Source: a virus. From it: 64,000 nucleotides of DNA. The stretch lies in IMG/VR virus record IMGVR_UViG_3300021959_010405, positions 53,430 to 117,429 of that record; one strand, written 5' to 3'. Positions 59,844 to 64,000 of the stretch are shown piece after piece. The translations under genes and the position numbers were made by a program. The notes below the pieces were generated by a model that did not search any database, was not told where the DNA came from, and worked only from the letters and a program-made list of their open reading frames with translations. Positions within the stretch are counted from its first letter, which is position 1. Each line of letters begins with the position of its first letter.

Positions 59844-60377
59844 ATGCATTGGTTTACAGCAGATACTCATTTTTTAGACACCGATATGAAGCGTCACAAT
59901 AGACCTTTTAGATCTCCAGAAGAAGGTTTTGTTAATATAATTAACAATATTAATTCTAGAGTTAAAAAAGATGATATATTATGGCATCTCGGTGATGTGT
60001 ATTTATCAGATTATCATGATGATGCAAGAAGGTACCTATCTAAGATAAAGTGTAAGAATATGGTTCTTGTAAAAGGTAATCATGACGAAGACGAAAATAG
60101 ACTCCGAACATTGAAACCTTTTTTTCGGAAAGTTCTAGATGAGTGGGAAGGAAAAATAGAGGGTATAGATATCTATATGAATCATATACCCTCTAAATGC
60201 CCTAAAAGTAAATTTTGTCTAACTGGTCATGTACATGATGCGTGGAAAGTAAGAAAAAATCTAATTAACGTCGGCGTCGATGTACACCATTATAAACCAG
60301 TTTCGATTGAAGATATTATTATCTACAAAGAAAAAATGAATAATGGAACATTCGATAAAGAGTCATTTATTGACTAG
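59844..60377 (+). CDS. Calcineurin-like metallophosphoesterase (start adjusted to MHWFTADTHF)
   Basis: ADTHF, HLGD, GNHD, HIP, GHVH, NVGVD. Confidence 0.85.
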   Translation: MHWFTADTHFLDTDMKRHNRPFRSPEEGFVNIINNINSRVKKDDILWHLGDVYLSDYHDDARRYLSKIKCKNMVLVKGNHDEDENRLRTLKPFFRKVLDEWEGKIEGIDIYMNHIPSKCPKSKFCLTGHVHDAWKVRKNLINVGVDVHHYKPVSIEDIIIYKEKMNNGTFDKESFID

Positions 60378-60380
60378 TAA

Positions 60381-61328
60381 TTACTGTTTCGGGGTCTTAG
60401 CATGCGGAACCGTAGCAGATGATAAGGTAGGATGAAGCAACGTTACATCTGATGCTCTCTCCGGGTTAATGTCAATACCCCCACGTCGAGCATATAAACA
60501 TCTTACACACAACTCTTCCGGTTCTAGAACATCCCAAATTCTCTTATAAATTGTTTCGCAAATCTCTTCATGAAAATGACACTCATCTCGGAAAGATACA
60601 ATGTATTTTAGCATACTGATTGGATCAATAGTCTTGCTACTATGTTTCATATAAATATAAACATCGCCCCAATCTGGTTGAGAGGTAACCCTGCAATTAG
60701 ATTTAAGTAGAGCACTATGATATCTGATCTCTGAAGCTTCGCTATCGATAACTTCAAGTAGATCTGGAGTTTCATTATATACATCAAATTCAATCTCTGA
60801 TGTATTATAATCATCTTCTAACGTCGAGTATGAAAGTTTCTGTACTTCTTCATAAGTAGAATTAATTTCATGCTCCCACTCATAGATACCAGGAAACGTA
60901 CATTTAAGCACCTCATAGTTAAACGCAACTTTGATATTAACTTCAGCTTCGAGTAATTCAGAAAGATCTTTTTTAGCTTTTGATTCAATCGAATTAACGA
61001 CCTCAATAGGGTCTTTTCCAAGCTTAGTCATATTAAACGAATTAAAATATAACTTAATAGACTTAGACTCTACAATATATTTACTATTACAAGGATATAC
61101 AATTTTTGCAATACCCGTTACCGGGAGACCATTATCTGTTAAAGCAGATACTTCATATGCATTCCATGTATCGTTACCTACGAAAGGTAAGTTATCATCG
61201 TCTAAATCTAGATGCTCTCTATTTGATTTCCGAGGTTCTCTAACAAGGAGACTTGGATCATACAGAGACTTGTACTGAGAGGACTGACCTAGATGTTTAC
61301 TGATTCGCGAATTATCGAGTTTACTCAT
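60381..61328 (-). CDS. queF: NADPH-dependent preQ0 reductase (bimodular QueF)
   Basis: D.WNAYE, IVESKSIKLYFNSFN, LLKSNCRVTSQPDWG (catalytic Cys), HFHEEICE, YARRGGIDINP. Confidence 0.92.
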   Translation of the reverse strand: MSKLDNSRISKHLGQSSQYKSLYDPSLLVREPRKSNREHLDLDDDNLPFVGNDTWNAYEVSALTDNGLPVTGIAKIVYPCNSKYIVESKSIKLYFNSFNMTKLGKDPIEVVNSIESKAKKDLSELLEAEVNIKVAFNYEVLKCTFPGIYEWEHEINSTYEEVQKLSYSTLEDDYNTSEIEFDVYNETPDLLEVIDSEASEIRYHSALLKSNCRVTSQPDWGDVYIYMKHSSKTIDPISMLKYIVSFRDECHFHEEICETIYKRIWDVLEPEELCVRCLYARRGGIDINPERASDVTLLHPTLSSATVPHAKTPKQ

Positions 61329-61331
61329 ATA

Positions 61332-61901
61332 TTAATAATTATAGGCTATATTTTTTTTTATTCCAGTATTAATTATACTATCTTTTAATATTTCCATTCT
61401 TTCTTCTACAGACCCTTTCAGCTCAACAATATTTTCACATAAGGGTTTATATTTATCAAATAACTTAATAATATCGTCTCGGAATTCCTTGTTAATACTA
61501 CGTTCACCATCATCGACAAGAGGTATATCTGGGCATGTATAATAAATTGTATCAATCTTAGGCATTAACTCTCCGAACATTTTTCTCGCATAATCTAGCA
61601 CCCACTCATCCACTTTTTTGTTATTGAATAGATACTCTGTATACACAACACCGTCAAGAATACATCTATCCATTATAACATGCCCCTCTCTACAGGTTAA
61701 ATAATTTTCTAAGTGTTGGTTAATAATGCATAGCTGCGTTATATTATTGCCTTCCTCATTAATACTAACACCAAATTTTCTTTTAACTAATCTAGTAACT
61801 TCCGGTATAAACTCACACTTGGAAAAAAGATGATTACGTTTGCAATTCTCGAGAAGGGTAGTTTTTCCAGTACTTTGCGCTCCACTAAATGAAATAATCA
61901 T
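61332..61901 (-). CDS. P-loop nucleotide kinase (AAA_28/dNMP-kinase-like)
   Basis: FSGAQSTGKTT, MDRCILD, DDGER. Confidence 0.75.
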   Translation of the reverse strand: MIISFSGAQSTGKTTLLENCKRNHLFSKCEFIPEVTRLVKRKFGVSINEEGNNITQLCIINQHLENYLTCREGHVIMDRCILDGVVYTEYLFNNKKVDEWVLDYARKMFGELMPKIDTIYYTCPDIPLVDDGERSINKEFRDDIIKLFDKYKPLCENIVELKGSVEERMEILKDSIINTGIKKNIAYNY

Positions 61902-61903
61902 AT

Positions 61904-62482
61904 TTATATAATAATGTTGTTCCTAATAAAATCTACCCAAAGACCGAGAGAGTTTCTTCTAATGCTATCATTTAAACTATCAAAATCTTTATATAGATCT
62001 TTGCCATAGCCATCAGCAAGTGGGAAACGTTTCTCACTAATAATTTCACCCTCATCAATTTCTGGTATTACCTTATGGATTACGCATCCAGCATAATCAT
62101 ACATATGATAATTTTCCCAGACTCTCTCGACAGGATCTTTGCCTTTAAGGTCTTTATATAAACTTATAATACCAGGATGCCCATTATATATAGTATATTG
62201 TTCACAAATATCAGCTGGAATTATTTTTAACCAACCGTTAAGGGTTATTAGAGTATCATCATGCCTTTCAATAATACGTTTATATGTACTACTCGTTATA
62301 TTATCATCAACTGCAATCAACGACTTAGTCTCGCTCTGTCTGTAAAACTCAAGCAAATTTTTATTAATGTTATTAAATTTGTTGTTAGTAACAACAATGT
62401 CAGGAAAATAATCAATTTTACGAGAAATATCTAGAATTTCTGACCCTGTTTGGCTAAAGAATGCTACCCACTTCTTTATCAT
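61904..62482 (-). CDS. PurN-like formyltransferase (candidate DpdN)
   Basis: FFSQTGS, LNGWLKIIP, NGHPG, GCVIHKV..EIDEG. Confidence 0.8.
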   Translation of the reverse strand: MIKKWVAFFSQTGSEILDISRKIDYFPDIVVTNNKFNNINKNLLEFYRQSETKSLIAVDDNITSSTYKRIIERHDDTLITLNGWLKIIPADICEQYTIYNGHPGIISLYKDLKGKDPVERVWENYHMYDYAGCVIHKVIPEIDEGEIISEKRFPLADGYGKDLYKDFDSLNDSIRRNSLGLWVDFIRNNIII

Positions 62483-63291
62483 TATTTGTGTCCGTTTAAA
62501 ATATTATCGAATTGTTCTATATTATAGTAAATATGTTCCTTTTGATCTTCATCAAAATCTTCCTTATCTATAATATTTTCATTATCCGCTAAATGTATTT
62601 CATTTAGTAGCCCATTATCTCCGTAATATTTCATTTGTTTAATTCCAGCAATTACTGGATTGCTAGTATCAACCGATCTTATATTATAAATATTATTTGC
62701 ACCATAATGTTTAAATTCTTTAGCAAGAGAGCATCCTAGAAGATGGTGTGGTTTTTTCCAGTTCCAATAACCGTCAAGAATAAGCTGGTCTATTAGTCTC
62801 ACTCTACCTTCAGATCGTCTCTCGTCAGGAGAGTCTCCAAGCCCGGTAACTTCAAAATATTTCATATCAAAAGAGATAGCAATATAATCAGCATATTCAG
62901 CCATAAATTTATAGCAATCAACAATTTCCTGATAGGTAAATCCTTGAACTGTTCCCATTCTCATTCCAGGTGCATTTTTATATTCATTTACCCAGCTAAT
63001 AAACCCGTTAATAGTTTCAGCGCTATCTTCGAGAACATCCGGAACTATATAATATGTTGGCATTAATTTATCAACCCACTTAATATATTCCTTTGGGTCG
63101 AATGCAGTTTTTAGTTCAAAAATACTATTATCTAAAATTACCTCTCTATTATTAGCAAGAGTTCTCGTAAAAAAATCGTAATATTTTTTATAGTTCTCAA
63201 AGTGATGAACAAGAGCATAATCATAATCTGTCCTTTTTTGAACGTCGTCCATTAAAGCAATCGGAGCTTCATGCGCTTTTAATATCTTCAT
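62482..63291 (-). CDS. TGT-like TIM-barrel guanine transglycosylase (candidate DpdA3)
   Basis: ILDNSIFE, IVPD, VQG, HHLLG, SVDTS line up with TGT catalytic segments; operon with queF. Confidence 0.65.
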   Translation of the reverse strand: MKILKAHEAPIALMDDVQKRTDYDYALVHHFENYKKYYDFFTRTLANNREVILDNSIFELKTAFDPKEYIKWVDKLMPTYYIVPDVLEDSAETINGFISWVNEYKNAPGMRMGTVQGFTYQEIVDCYKFMAEYADYIAISFDMKYFEVTGLGDSPDERRSEGRVRLIDQLILDGYWNWKKPHHLLGCSLAKEFKHYGANNIYNIRSVDTSNPVIAGIKQMKYYGDNGLLNEIHLADNENIIDKEDFDEDQKEHIYYNIEQFDNILNGHK

Positions 63292-63298
63292 ATTAATA

Positions 63299-63326
63299 AG
63301 TATATACTTGATTCTTGATAAATCAA
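63299..63326 (-). promoter_or_regulatory. Sigma70-like promoter of the dpdA-like operon
   Basis: TTGATT-N16-TATACT, 7 nt before the ATG. Confidence 0.65.
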
Positions 63327-63340
63327 CATAAATATACTAT

Positions 63341-63997
63341 ATGGTTGATTATAAAAATAATAAATCAGACTCGACTGGAGAGATTATAGAAAATAGTAGT
63401 TTTCTATGCTATCCAGAAAAGTTAAAAGAATATAAGACAAATCAATCAAGCACAGCATCTATAGGATCTACACCTTCAAAAACTTTAGAGGCTGCAGATA
63501 CTATAAAGGGGAGTTCTGCCAAAGTAGTATCTAATATTACTGCTACAGCGTTTGGAGCTCAAACTGTAGAACAATGTGTTATTGATTTGCAGCCAATATG
63601 TAATAAGATGCTAGGCGCAATTAAGAATATTAGAGGTGATGCTGATGATACTAGAGAATTTATATTATCTCAAGAAAACTGTAATTACGTTGGAGGAGAT
63701 ATTCAAAATCAGGTACATAATCTTATAACATACAAGAGAAATAAGCTCACTGCTCAAGAATTATATGATACTGAGAAAAATAGTGACGAGTTTATAGACA
63801 GCGCATTAGTAGAAATACCTAATGCAATTAACGGTATAGCAGGAAAAAACGATGCATCTATAGCGCACAATAACAATATAAATACCTTAGATAATACCCT
63901 ATATTATAATCTACCACCTGCTATAGACCCTAGCACGCTAACTCAGACTGAAATAGATGCATTTAATTCTACTGGTAATGGGTGGGTTTTAGAATAA
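63341..63997 (+). CDS. Late hypothetical (probably structural) protein
   Basis: TAAATA 6 nt before the ATG; 218 aa. Confidence 0.6.
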   Translation: MVDYKNNKSDSTGEIIENSSFLCYPEKLKEYKTNQSSTASIGSTPSKTLEAADTIKGSSAKVVSNITATAFGAQTVEQCVIDLQPICNKMLGAIKNIRGDADDTREFILSQENCNYVGGDIQNQVHNLITYKRNKLTAQELYDTEKNSDEFIDSALVEIPNAINGIAGKNDASIAHNNNINTLDNTLYYNLPPAIDPSTLTQTEIDAFNSTGNGWVLE

Positions 63998-64000
63998 AAA

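Overview
64 kb of an AT-rich, T4-like (Tevenvirinae-superfamily-type) large tailed-phage genome. It contains a replication/recombination block (uvsX, gp43, gp46/47, gp55, uvsW, uvsY, gp62, DinG-like helicase) and late genes whose N-termini resemble T4 capsid-targeting signals. It also carries mosaic tail-fibre-like genes, a higher-GC glycosyltransferase+sulfotransferase insert, and a large nucleotide-sugar/glycosyltransferase cluster (wecB, rmlA/C/D, several GTs). A 7-deazaguanine DNA-modification pathway is split over two loci (folE, queD; queF, kinase, PurN-like formyltransferase, TGT-like DpdA), and a rearranged head/neck module runs gp15-gp20-gp13-gp4-gp21-gp22-gp23. The most striking element is a tandem trio of late-expressed leucine-rich-repeat genes. 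They are built from 60-bp modules that vary mainly at the predicted concave-face residues and that recur almost identically between genes, suggesting a recombination-shuffled binding repertoire. Other notable signals are an orphan alternative C-terminus behind a cytidylyltransferase-like gene and promoter spacing that implies widespread leaderless mRNAs. All functional calls rest on motif recognition by eye; no database searches were run.
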